Assembly (NCBI RefSeq): GCF_016433145.1
Contig: NC_058131.1
Span: 369,946,454 to 370,010,453 of the forward strand
DNA: 64,000 nt
Source of the DNA: Gracilinanus agilis
Lineage: Eukaryota
Direction: 5' to 3'
The position numbers were made by a program, and so were the translations under genes. This document shows positions 50,080 to 62,465 of the stretch, piece by piece. The notes beneath the pieces are model-generated. The model did no database searches. It saw only the letters and a program-made list of their open reading frames with translations, and had not been told where the DNA came from. How positions within the stretch are numbered: position 1 is the first letter of the stretch; each line of letters opens with the position of its first letter.

Positions 50080-50770
50080 ATATGAGGACAGTTATGTGCA
50101 TTTCTAAATGAACCAGTAATGAGTAGTGGCTGAAAAATATTGGTACTATTTGAACATAATGGTATATTGTGGTGCAGTCAAAAATGAGGACTATGAGGAA
50201 TTTGGAGAAAGAGGGAAAGCATCGTATTAAGTGATGTGGAGTGATATAAAATGCAGAGCAGAGCGTTCTGCACAATGGCTGACAACAATGGTCTGAACAA
50301 ACTGGGAATGAAACAAAACACCCTTCCTCTTCAGAGAGGTGGGGGCATATGAAGGCAGAATGTTGACCTCACTGTCAGACCTGTTTACAACATTCCATGG
50401 CCTTTGCTTAACAAAAGGTGCTGTCTTTGTAACAAGGAGGGGTTCCAGTTAGAGGGTAGATGATTCTAGAAATGACTATAACAATAAAAGACATTCATAA
50501 GATGTATGTAAAAATAAAATATAAGTTGCAAATTAAAAAAATAACAATGAACATTGTAACTATTATGATCAGGCTTGGTTCTGAAGAAGAAATGAGAAAA
50601 TAAACCTTCTTCACTTCTTTATAGAGGTGATAAAACTTGGGTGTGGAATATCGCCTATAGTATCAGTTACATTCGAAGTGGTGGTTTGTTTTGCTGAATT
50701 ACCTTGCCTCCCCCTTTTCCCAACCCTCTCTCTTATTAATTTTCTAAGGGGTGCTTTTTTGTGGTAGGGA
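50080..50770 (+). mobile_element. Old L1-like 3' fragment
   Basis: Degenerate ORF2 C-terminus (gtggctgaaaaatattggtac..tattgtggtgcagtcaaaaatga) and 3'UTR-like sequence. Confidence 0.55.
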
Positions 50771-51236
50771 ATATTATATGTAGAAATAAACCCCTTTTCC
50801 TTGTGCCTTCTTCTTTAGGTTTATCTATAATATCACCTGAGCCCTCATTCCAAGGGAAGACAAGCATTAGGCTTTAATGAATGGTTCTAGTGCTCAATTG
50901 TGAAAGAAAGGGATTTCTTCTTGATTTGAACTTGTTCTCTATGGCTCTGGCATATTTAAAATTGCCCCCAGATGAATGAGTGACCTCAGAGAGGTCACAT
51001 TTCCCCTCATTTTCAGAGCCCTTAGCCTACTTCCTCTTCTAACAAACACATAGCTCTTGAAGCCTTGAAGACAGAGGACCAGATCAGGATCAGGGCTGCA
51101 TCTTTGCACCATCATCATCACCGCTGTTAAAAACCCTGACAGTATATCTGGATGCCTGCAAAGACACAGTCCCTACCAGACTTGTACTGAACAACCTGAG
51201 GCAGAGAGACTACTGTCTCTCTACATGGAGTTTTAC

Positions 51237-51345
51237 CTCTGCCCAGAAGCCTCGTACACACCACTGTCTCCTGCCACTGACTCATCTGATACTGCTGCTG
51301 ATACACAGGCCACTTTCAGGACTGGTCCTCTGGCCACGTTTGAAC
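51237..51345 (-). CDS. WWC1: KIBRA exon 12
   Basis: caatcag|GT SNVARGPVLKVACVSAAVSDESVAGDSGVYEASGQ AG|gtaaaa; 109 nt; conserved VSAAVSDESVAGDSGVYEAS motif. Confidence 0.96.
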
Positions 51346-52671
51346 CTGATTGAGGAGGAAGAGGAGAGAAATCAATCAATCAATAAGTAGTTATCATATG
51401 CATAATATGTACCAGATACTATGAGGGGTGCTAGGTAATCAAAGACAAAAAGGTTACAGTCTTTGCCTTCAAGGAGCTCAGGTTGAGGAAAGATCCTATA
51501 GAAGTGACACGTATCCCCAAGAAAGTCAAATCAAATTAAAAATAATTCCCATATGGCCTCTGAGAGGCAGTATGATATAACAGAAAGAGATTTGGACTTG
51601 GAGTTGAGAGACATCTGTATTTGAATCCCAGCTCTGACTCAGACCAGCATCATGATCTTTCTCCTGGCAAAGACAGAATTTCCTTATCTATAGGGTTAGA
51701 GACTGGTCCTGGGATTTCACTGATATCAGGAGTTCCCAGAAGAGGAAGTTCCCTCTATCAATGTAGGCCAACACCTTCTGGGCAATTTAAGGATCAGAGA
51801 AAGTTGCCCAGAGCACTGAAACACTAACTGGTTTGAGAAAGATCACACTGTCATCATATGACTGAAGACTTGTACCTAGGTTTTGTTCATTTTGAGGGAA
51901 GCTTTCTGCCTACCATTCCATGCTTCCTCATGCTTTTTTACCTAATAAAATGGAGTTAATAACATTTATACTCTCTCTCCTATAATAACATATATACCTC
52001 CCTCACTTGGTTGTTGTGAGCAAAGTGCTTTATATATTTTAAAGTATGTAAAATAATGAGGTAAAAACCTTGATACTTATCACATCAATCTTGAGGGAGA
52101 GGAATTTTTGGAGGGGATTCCTGTTCCTCCCTTCCCATTTCCCTTTTCATTTAAAAAAAAAAAAACAATCTGGGCCTAGTTTTCATTTTTGTCTTTGTAT
52201 GACAGCACCTAGGATAATGCTTTGCATAGAGTTCTCCCTTAACCAAACTTTCCTAGACTACCCTTTCCAAAGATCTTAATTAAAGAATGACTTTTTTTTT
52301 TTTTAAAATACTTGTCCTAATATCTTGCACCAGAACAGCAACAATCAAATTCTTGGGGATAGCAAAAAGTGGTCCACTGGATCTATTCTATTGTCTAATC
52401 TAGGCCTTTTTCTTCCCTGATTCTTTCAAGTTCCCCACCACCACCAGGTCACCTGGGACAGTCTAATCTCCTTGACCTTGGCCTGGTAATTAGAATGAAT
52501 GCTGAATACCAGCTGTGTCTGTCTAACATTCGTATCAGTATCCCAGGATGACAGTGTGTCTTTGGCAGAGAGGGGAGTGATCAATCACAGTGCCTGCTGG
52601 GATGAGAAGGCCTGTGATGAAGCTAAGAAACATCTTTCCAAAGTTGCTATCCATGAAGGCACTATATTTTT

Positions 52672-52893
52672 GTTGTTCAGCTGTTTCTGTCTCTTTATAA
52701 CCCCATCTGGGATTTCCTTGGCAAACCTTGGCCAAGATACTGGAGCGATTTGCCATTTCCTTCTCTGGTTCATTTTACAGATGAAGAAAATGAGGGCAAC
52801 AGGGTTAAATGACTTGCCCAGGGTTACGCAGCTAATAAGTGTCAGAGATAAGATTCAAACTCAGGACCTAGTGCTCTATCCACTGTGCAACCT
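52672..52893 (-). mobile_element. Mar1 SINE
   Basis: Reverse-complement tail and CORE. Confidence 0.85.
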
Positions 52894-53339
52894 GAAGACA
52901 GTGCATTGTATAGATTTCCCTTATTTTTACTCCCTCTCGCCCGTGGTAATTATAGTTCTGAGTCCTGAGTCTCCCATGCTCAGTCATACTGGAGGGATCA
53001 GAGCAGGCACTAGAAAGGTCTTCCCCTTCTCCTCTAAACCACTTAGGGAGATTACTCTGTCTGCTGACTGAACAGCGGTACTAATCACTTAACCTGCTTA
53101 GCCGTTGAGCACCAAGCTCCTGCCATCAGCCCTAATGGCATTGGCAGAGTACCTCCCCATAAGAACATCCACAGGAAGAGAAGAAAAGCCATGCTCAAAC
53201 CAGTGATTCATTAAGCCCTGCATTCTCCCTGACAGTGACTCCAAGGAAGTTTGTGGATGAACATCAGAACCCCCTTTTACGATGTTGATTTCCAATGAAT
53301 GTATCCTGGACATATTTTTAACTTAATTGAATAATGCCA

Positions 53340-53690
53340 GCATAGTAGGGGGTTCCTTTTCTTTGTCATGGACCCCTTAGGCATGTACTCAGAATAATGT
53401 CCTTAAATGCATAAAATTCACAGGTACCCAGAGAAATTATATTGCAATAGTTATCAAAATAACAGGGGCAGATAGGTAGTAGAATGGACAGAGCCTCAAG
53501 CTTGGAGTCAGGAGGACCCGGTTTCAAATTTGGCTTCAGATACTTCCTAGCTGTGTGTCTCTGGGCAAGTTACTTAACCCCAGTTGTATAGCCCATGCCA
53601 CTCTGACACTAATACAGAAGGTAAGGGTTTAAAAAGCAACAACAACAAAAACAGACAACTAAGTTTACAAACCCTACGTTAAGAACATTT
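53340..53690 (+). mobile_element. hAT-Charlie-type MITE remnant split by a SINE1_Mdo-like insertion (53465-53640)
   Basis: gtcatggacccc..tcagaataatgtccttaaatgcataaaa [SINE] ..ttaagaacatttg. Confidence 0.6.
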
Positions 53691-54399
53691 GCATGATGGA
53701 ATTTATATCTGCAGATTTGTCTAGATCCTGCCTTACCCTCTTCATATCTTCAGTCTGGACTGCCTCACAGGGTAAAAGATTTTCTTCAGTTTACCACCTG
53801 CTGTGTTAAAGAAGTACTTGCTTTTTATTTATCCTAAGATTCTCTCTTTTAAGCAGTAAGGGGTATACTCTGCTCACATCCATCTAGCTGCTTCAGACAC
53901 AGGGCCAGTGGGCAGCAATGATGTTCCTGCTTATTGCTCAGATTAAATGCCTAGAATTCACTCACCAGGGCTCCCTGTTACTGGTATAGCCTTTCCTTAC
54001 TCTTCCCTATTCTCCTCACACCATAGAATGCCATTATCCAAAGTGGATTCATTTGGGCCCAGTGGTAATTGGACCTACATTTGCCTATGTTTCTGGGGTT
54101 ATGTTTGCTTTGAGAACAAGATAGAGCTCTGGTTTCTTCAGGTTTTATCCTAGAAGCAGGCAGATTCCTTTGTAGATAGAGAATCTCTGGGGAGATATGT
54201 TCCCTAAGAGCTGGGACCACCATCTGTTCTTTACCTTGAATCCTACACCCCTAGTATAGGACTAGAGACACCTCGAGGGAGTTCAGTAAGTTTTTTGTGG
54301 GCTGACAGACATTCTTTCTTTGGTTCTGATGTTCAAGCACTATACTAGGGTTAGTTGGGCTAGTACCAAAGGCCTGAGAAATATTCCTTGAGAATATAT

Positions 54400-54625
54400 A
54401 GATCTTAACCTGGAGTATACAGACCCTCAAAAGGTCTTTGGATAGATTCCAGTGTATCCAGGAACAAGGATAGGGAAAAAAAAAATTCTTTTTTCTTTAT
54501 AATGGGTTTCCTTTGTAAGCCAATGGATTTTATTTTGTATATTTAAAAGCTATAGTCTGAGAAGGGGAACATAGGTTCCCACAGACTGCCAAAGAGGTCC
54601 ATGACACAAAAAGATTAAGCATGCT
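54400..54625 (-). mobile_element. hAT-Charlie-type MITE remnant (inverse orientation)
   Basis: tcttaacctgg...ctgagaagggg..ataggttcccacagactgccaaagaggtccatgacacaaaaag. Confidence 0.6.
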
Positions 54626-55150
54626 TGGTATGGATGAACCCTCTTACGTCAGTGCTTATGCAGTAACTAAGGACTGCCATGCTCAGCCAAAGGGTAGGCT
54701 TGGGGGCAGCTTGACTCTTGGCCCCTTTTTCAAGGGCTCAAAGCCATGAGCATGGGCAGAGTTTGGGGGCAACTTACAGATGCCGTGGGTTTCTGAGTAA
54801 CTAGGGACAAGGGAGTATAAAATCTATTAGGTTATAATAATATAAACTTCAGATAAACTTCATTATTTGATTGCAACTCTACTTTCTTATAGAAAAGAGG
54901 GAGGAGAAAGACCTCATTTCTTCTTCTTGAGGCAGAACCTGGCTCTGGTTTTCCAAATGATTCTAGCTGAGCTTGCAGGAAAGATAATAAAGATTATAAT
55001 AAAGATAATAAATACTGGTCTGAGAAGACCAGTAGGTCAAGGTAGAACCCATATACTTCAGCTAAGTTCTGGAGCATTGAGGTCCCATTTCTGCCCTTTT
55101 TCAGAATTAGCAGTGTGTCTCTATGTGGAAGCCTATGAGAAGAACTCTAC

Positions 55151-55686
55151 CTTGACAAATTTGCTTGTCCTCCACTCCAGTTTCCTCCATTCGGTAACCA
55201 TTTCCAGTGCTGCTACCAAGGGTTAGCTCAGAAAAGTTTATATTCAGCTCAGGATCTTCAAAGTCCAAGGGGCTCAGGAAAGCATCTCCTGCTAAGAGGG
55301 GATCAATGACCAGAGGGGAGCAGGGTGGAGATGGGGAGGACAGAGAGGATCGAGGGGAGAGTGAGGTCATGGACTTGGGAGTGCCAGACAGAGATCGAAG
55401 TGCCTGAAGGCGGCTGGCTGCCTCAGCTTTCTGAGTCTTTACCACTTCATTCTCATGGATTGTGGTGATATAGCCTGAGGGCCGGAAGCCAGTGGCCCCC
55501 TCCATCAGCAGGAATTCCACTTTGCTCTGGAGCTCTGAATCCAGCTGGTCCAATGGATCATAGTAGAGATCAGTCAAGCTGGCTGAGGTGGAAGAGTCCA
55601 AGCTAGATGCTGCTAGGGAACCTCTGCTGGATGCCAGCGAGCCAGGGCTACTGCCAGAGGACAGGGACTGCATGCTGCTGGAGAGG
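55151..55686 (-). CDS. WWC1: KIBRA exon 11 (serine-rich region)
   Basis: catgcag|[18 protein letters not shown]...[29 protein letters not shown]...DKQICQ G|gtagag; 536 nt. Confidence 0.97.
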
Positions 55687-55836
55687 CTGCATGAAGGACA
55701 ACAGAAAAACACTCACCATGATCACCAGACAAGTCTGTGAATGACACCAAGACTCATCTGAGGCTCTAGGCCCTCCGTTTTCTGATGTCTGGGTTCAAAC
55801 TGGAGATGGTCAACCAGACCATTAGCAAAGACTCAC

Positions 55837-55926
55837 CTTTTCAGCTGGATATGAAGACTTGCAACTAGCCTGGTTGTCTCTTCTAGTTCTCGAACCAGTT
55901 GATTTCTTTTGCTATTTAGCTTCAGC
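55837..55926 (-). CDS. WWC1: KIBRA exon 10
   Basis: ccaatag|[32 protein letters not shown]|gtgagt; 90 nt. Confidence 0.96.
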
Positions 55927-58900
55927 CTATTGGGATGCACAGATGAGAAAGCAGTAAAATGAAGTGTTAACATACCCCTCTGCTGTCCTCACAAAATAAT
56001 AACTCTTATTTCCAGAGACTTAAAGATTTATAGAGAGATTTTTTAAACAATAACACTTCTAAGACCTGATATTCAATTGATATGTGGAGCTCTTCGGTGT
56101 AAAGATTTCTTCTCGGCAAGAGGTTAAGTGACTTCATCAGGGTCACAGTATATGCCATGGGCAAGACTTGAACTTTCCTTACTCTGAGGCCAGCCTTTTA
56201 CCCACCATACCATATTGCCTCTCAATAGTCAGAATTACTTTCCATAGCCATACAGTTAGAAGGTATCAAAATGGGGAGTCTAACCCAGCTCTCTTCACTC
56301 CAAGAGAAGCGTTCTTTCCATTTTATTTCTCACTGCCTTGCAAAAAGGAGAAAAAGAAGCCCCACCCCCATCCCTAACTAGTCTCTCTCATCTCCATCTC
56401 TCTTTCTCTCTATCATTCTTTCTGTTCCTATCTATCTCTATCTGTTTCTGCCTCTCTTTTTGATGCTAAAGTATCTGTAGGATTCCAAATCCATAGAGTA
56501 GCAAGATGTAAACTCTGTTCTTGAAGGTTCATCCATAAAATAGAAGAATCTTCTAGCTTCCTACCTAACTTAGAACAAAGATTAAGGCACTCTTTCCAGT
56601 TCTATGAAAACAAAAACAGCCCCAAATTTCCATCCAACCCTCTTAAAGTCAATTCAGATGGGCTCTCCAGCCTCTATTCATCTCAGGGTTTGCAGTTTTT
56701 TTTTTTTTTAACCCTTCTCCAATTAGGTCCACTACCAGTTTCTGGAAGTTTGGTTAGGAAGGGCCATTCTAAAATCAAGCAAACACAGTTTCATTGTCCT
56801 GAGTAGAAATGAAACTCTCCTCTGCCTGTGACAGTCTATTGTTTTCCACTACATGCAAAGCTGCATCTGCTCTGAGGAAAACCCCAGTAATTAAAAAATA
56901 CTGAGGGAACATAGTCTACTGCTTCTTGTCAAGAGTACAGCCTGCTACTGGGTCTGGAGGCACTGCTGTCATCTGCTGCCATCTGTGCTACTGAGGGCCT
57001 CCCTCCCCTTGGTGCCCCCAGTTGTCTGATCACTAGGCCCCTGTCACAGACTGGATATATGCTGGGGAACACGGACTGGAGCTCAGCCCCTGAGAAGGGG
57101 CTAACATTGATGAACCTGTTCAGCTTCTCAGTGTTAAGGGAAACAAAACCAACAAATCCCAGCAAAACCAAGCCTCAAAGAGCAGACCACAGAATGAAAC
57201 AAAACAAAAAAGAACAAAGCTTGCTATATAGAAAACCCCATAGAGAGGTGGAGGGTATTGGGGAAACAATACAGCAAGACATTCTAATCCAGAGCAATTA
57301 AAACAAAGGACAACTAGAGCCAGTTAGCAGGACCAGTGGCAGGTTTCTCCCTAGCAAATGGGGATCTCCAAAGACTGTTCTGTTCAGTGACCTCTCTGTT
57401 CATTTTCTGCTAAAGGAGGCCTGTTGGGCTCAGGGAAAATGCATGCCTGGGGCTTTAGTGAACTAACAGCATTTGAAGAAGATGGAAGCCTTTATGAATG
57501 AAATTCTTCATATCAATGGAACAGAAGACATTGAGAGATCCCTCAGTGATCCACTAGAGAAATTCTTAGAAAGGGGGTGACTGCTGAGGTCAATGAGGAA
57601 CTATGTTCTCACAATTTACTTTGAGACACTCCTGATCATCCTTTTTTCCAGGAGAGATAAGTCAGAGTTAATTGCACCAGATTCCAAATGAGAAACAGTC
57701 CAAATTGGAGGCCACAGTTGGCTGCTTACGGAATTAGCATTTATAGTCAATCAAGCTTTTAGAGAATCCCTAGAATTTATATTCATGAGGCATACCCCTT
57801 TGTACCCAAAAAAATATGTGGGTGTGACTATCTCCCCTTAGAGGCTCTTATCTAAGCCATATGGTTTTTCTTTTCAATGTCTCATGCATCATAGGGGGCC
57901 AAAAACACACAAAATCCCCAAACATCCATCTGTTTGGGGCACTAAAGACAAGGGAAGAAGCAATGTCAGTGGGATAACATGAGCCAGAACAACTCACTGC
58001 TATCCTGAAGTTTAGCAATTCTTATGAGACTTTTGGCAACAAAGATGGAGGCATGATCTTTCATTGCGCTGGCTGGAGAGTCCTGACCTGTGAAGTAGAA
58101 ACTGGGTCGTCTACCAATCTGGCAGACATATGGCTTGGGATCTTGGTCCCCCATCCTTGTGTCTCGGTTTGTTTCTGTGACTTTCTGATATTTCAATTAA
58201 TCTCTGACTCAATTTCCTCATATATAAAATGGGGATAATGATAGCACCTACCTCCTAAAGCTGCTTTGAGGACACAATGAGGTAATAATATTTGTAAAGC
58301 ATTTTGCAAACCTTTAAGTGTTATATAAATGCTAGCTGTTAGAATCCTCAAGGGTCATTTTGGTTCCATATCCTTCCCTGAATGGGATGACAGCCATTAG
58401 ACGATTGGAAAGAGGGAAGGGAGCAGAAAAGGGAGGGCAGGGAGAAGAAGAGGGAGAAAGAAGAAAGGGAAAGAAGGAAAGAGGAAATGATGGAGAGGGT
58501 GGAGAGTAATTATACTGTTTCATCCAGGAGGATGCTTGCTTTTGTTAGCAACTATATATGCTGCCTAGAGAGCATCTGCCTCCGGGGAACTGTCTTGAGG
58601 TTTCTCACAGCAGCATCCGGCTCCCTGCCCACAAGCTGTCTGGCTTCTCTGTTGTTAATTCCCTCCTAAGCATTCAAGTCTCCCCAAAGCACTAAATTGC
58701 ATTCTCAGCAGCTGCTTTAGTAGGGCAGCTCTTACTTCTCTGGCCCAAGGCACACTGAACCAGATGGGATGGGGAAATGGAGAAGAGAGGTCAGCAGGAG
58801 ACTTTGAGACCAGAACCCCTATCATCTAGACATTATAAGCAGAGGGGAACCAAAGAAACTGCCCAAATACATGTCTCTTAGAAGCATAGTTTTCCCAGTT

Positions 58901-58949
58901 AGAGGAGACTTCCTATTATTGCTTACAAATAGTTAAAGTATCATGGCAT

Positions 58950-59620
58950 CACAGAATTCCAATAGTCATCTATCTGGTCTAACCTTTGCAAGAAATGAAT
59001 TCCCTCCCTAACACACCTGACAAATGGTCATTGAGCCTCTGCTTGAAGACCTCAGGATGGGGAACTCACCACCAGTTGAGGCAGCTCACTTTACTTTTGC
59101 ACATTTCTAATTAAGAAACTTTTCCTGATGTCAAACCTCAATTTGCCTCTTCACTCCTGGTTCGATCCTCTGGGACCAAACAGAATAGGTCTAATCCCCA
59201 ACTCTACGTAACAGTCCATATATTTGAATTTATCTATCATGTGTCCTGTTGTGTCTTCTCTTTTCCAAGCTTACCATATCTGTTTCCTTCAAGTGATCAT
59301 GGACTCAAGGCCCTTCATTTACCCTGATTATCCTCCTCTGGAAACTCTTTTTCTGGACAAAGTCTTTCTCAATCACTAGCACTGAGAACTCAATACAATG
59401 TTCCAGATGAGGCCTGATGAGGGACTTGTATGGTGGGACTATCAAGCTACCTATTCCCAGAAGTTATGTCTCTTTTTAATGCTACCAGAGATGTCATTAG
59501 TGGTTGTTTGCTACCAGATCACACTGCTGATTGCTAATGAGCTCACAGTCCACTCAAATTAAAAATCTTTTTCAGAAACAACTACCTCCTAACCATACCT
59601 ATTCTATCTTATACTTGTGA
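58950..59620 (-). mobile_element. L3/CR1 3' fragment
   Basis: cctctgcttgaagacctcaggatggggaactcaccacc...ttccagatgaggcctga..gggactatca, typical of the reverse-complement L3 3' end. Confidence 0.7.
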
Positions 59621-60981
59621 CATTAATTTTTTGTGCTATTGCCTTTATTTTACAGTAGAATCTCTTGAAGCCCAGGGGGATGAAATATTTTGTCCAAAGT
59701 AACAGGACTATAGGCAAAGGTGTGCTTCTTGGTAATTAACAACCAGATCTCTGGGAGGAAAAAATATACTTGGGACATATTTTAAAGTCTCATTTGCATT
59801 ACTAATATCTTCTCTATGCCTGGGTGATCAACAAAATAATAAATCAAACTCTGATTTGTGGTGTTGCAGATTTCTCAGATGTAAATATTCACACTGAAAA
59901 TTTAACAATTGATTATAAGTTGGTTTGGGCTGGCTACAGCACATCTTTAACCATAGTTCTGGAGCTGAAAAGGACATCAAAGACCATCTAAATCAACTCC
60001 CTTATTTTAGAAATGAGCAGACTGAGGCCCAAAGAAGCTAAATGTTCAAAGTCACGCAGCTCCTGTGTGGTAGGTAGATAAGAATCTTGGTTTCCTGTCT
60101 CTTACTGTGATAATCCTTCCATTTTGTCATATTGTTTCAGATCTGTCTATAAAATGATCAAGATACATTTCAGCAGGATAGCTTCTTATGAGCCCTCGAG
60201 GCTATGCAGGCCAGGAATAGGGAAGAGGTCCATCCTCCATGAAGTCACTTGGCTTTCTCCCAAAAGCAGTTGCAGGGTTTGGTTGCAAGTGTGGAACTGA
60301 GGACCCTGGGAAAGGGGCCAACGGGAAGCCAGGGTTTTTCCTAAGTCCAAGACAAAGAGCTCAAAATGAGGCATAAGGAATCTTTAACACTAAATGAGAT
60401 TCCCAGTAGATTCTTTAAAGTATCTGCAACTCTTAATTAGTCAGGCTCTTTGCTTCTTTTCCTTCTTTTTTTTATCTTTAGATCATTTTTCACTTCAGCT
60501 CCCCCCTCCATTTAGCAACAGACTGAGGAAATCCAACCCTCCATAACCAACTTGACTTCCTGTGAAGAGTTCTGATAAAAAGACTTAGTTGGATAGGCCG
60601 AAATCAATGATTCAGAGGAATTTTGGATTAATAGAATGAGAACTCAAAGTAGTTAAGGTCTACGAAAGGCAGCATACTATGATGCAAGGAGCTCTGGACT
60701 TGGTTAGATGGTCTGGATTGAAGACTGGGTGAACCTGGAAATGTTACTTAGCCTCCAGTTGTTGCATATTTAAAATAAAGATAAAAATATTCCCAATACC
60801 TACTTTGTAGACCTTTTGTGGTTTTCAGAAGATACCAAATGGGAAAATGTTTTATAACTATAAAGTGCTATCTCCCTAACTCACGGAATTGTTGTGAAAG
60901 AAGCACTGTGTACATCTCAAAATGTTATATAAACATCTCTATCTTACTGTCTATATAATCAGGCAATGTCTATACATGTCT

Positions 60982-61232
60982 GTGTTGTTCCATCATCTTT
61001 CAATCTTATCGTACTCTTCAATCCCCATTTGGGGGTTTCTTGGCAAAGACACCGAAGTAGCTTGCCATTCCTTTTCTAGCTCATTTTACAGATGAAGAAA
61101 CTGAGACAAACAGGTTTAAATGACTAGCCCAGGATTACACAGCTAGTAAGAATCTGAGGCCAGATTTGAATTCAGGAAGATAAGTCCTGACTTCAGGACT
61201 GGCACTCTATCCATTGTGCCACTTAGCTGCTC
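60982..61232 (-). mobile_element. Mar1 SINE
   Basis: Reverse-complement tail to head; tacatgtct on both flanks. Confidence 0.88.
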
Positions 61233-61559
61233 CAATACATGTCTAGATTGTTCCCTATATATAGTATTTATCATTGTGCCAAGCAAAACATATCACATAC
61301 TATTGTAAGCTTCAGATTATATTCACTCATTTATCCATTCAAAGAAGTACTTCATAAAAGCCTCCTGTGTGCAGAACTGTGCTAGGTGCCACAGAAAACC
61401 CAGAAAAATATAAAAAAGAATCTCAGCACTCAAGGAAATTAAACTCTAGTTGGAGAGACCCAATATATAAATCAAGAAGAAACAAAGAGTAAAGCATACC
61501 AAATACAACAAGTTTCCCCACATTACAATAGAGAGGCATTCTTGAAACATCTTGTGGAA

Positions 61560-61763
61560 GGGACAACTAGGTGGTATGGTGGATAGAGCTAGGCCCAGAG
61601 ATGGGATGTTCTGGGTTTTCAAATTTGCCCTCAGATTTCCTATCTATATGACCCTGGGCAAGTCATTTAACCCCAGTTGCCTGGTCCTCATCACACTTCT
61701 GCCTTAGAACTGATACTTATTGATTTTGAGACATAAAGTAAGCATTTAAAAAAAAAAAAAAAA
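61560..61763 (+). mobile_element. SINE1_Mdo-like SINE
   Basis: Head, tail and A17 run. Confidence 0.85.
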
Positions 61764-62004
61764 GAAACATCATGAAGAAAGTGAATTTTTGTCAACTGAA
61801 TCCTATAATGGTTTAGAGTTGCTGGCTAGCACAAATTTTTTGAAAGTAACAAACCAGCTCATAAATTCAGATTTCAACATAATGGGTTTTCTTAAAGTGA
61901 GGGTGAATCTACTGGCAAAAGAAATAGGGTTGGAACATAGATCATGGAAAAAAGGACTCTAGTTTCTTCCTTGTACATCCTTCTGGCCCCAGCTCTAGGA
62001 CTAC

Positions 62005-62247
62005 CTCTCAGTTAGAGCTTTGCTCTGAGTATCTCTGGCTGCCTGAAGGTCTTCCTCCAGCCGCTTTCTTGCCATCTCCAGCTGCTCCACCTCACTCTGG
62101 GTCCACTTCCGAGGGCTAATGAACCGCATCTCCTTCAGCAGCTCTTCCTTCTCGTTGATGAGGATCAATCGATCTCTCTCAGAATCTAGCACTCCAGGCC
62201 AGGCCTCACTGTCCAGCTTGGCCAGCTGGATTTTCAGGTTGGCAATC
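62005..62247 (-). CDS. WWC1: KIBRA exon 9 (coiled coil); upstream exons lie outside the window
   Basis: ctccttag|[83 protein letters not shown]|gtagtc; 243 nt. Confidence 0.98.
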
Positions 62248-62299
62248 CTAAGGAGAATCAAAGAATGTTAGAGTTGGAAGGCACTTTAAGAATCATCTG

Positions 62300-62465
62300 G
62301 TCCAGTGGTTTCCATATAATGTTTCACCAAAAAAATTTTTGATGGCAGTAAATGTAAAGAATACTAAGAAGTGTATATTAAATTATCCTGGGGAGGGGGG
62401 TGGTACAACATTTTGTTGTTGTTGAAAGAGGTTTGTGGAACCAAAAATACTGGGAAACACTGATA
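62300..62465. mobile_element. Possible hAT MITE remnant
   Basis: Near-inverted ends cagtggtttcc ... ggaaacactg. Confidence 0.45.

Noticed and set aside
52499-53071. 190-aa plus-strand ORF
   Set aside because: Starts at a non-ATG-supported position, runs through an antisense Mar1 SINE and has no homology signal.
56929-57171. 80-aa minus-strand ORF in WWC1 intron 9 as a possible alternative first exon
   Set aside because: No convincing donor in a phase compatible with exon 10 and no CpG or promoter features.
3001-61763. tRNA-like A/B-box sequences
   Set aside because: They are SINE heads followed by CORE and LINE-derived tails; no complete cloverleaf tRNA gene was seen.
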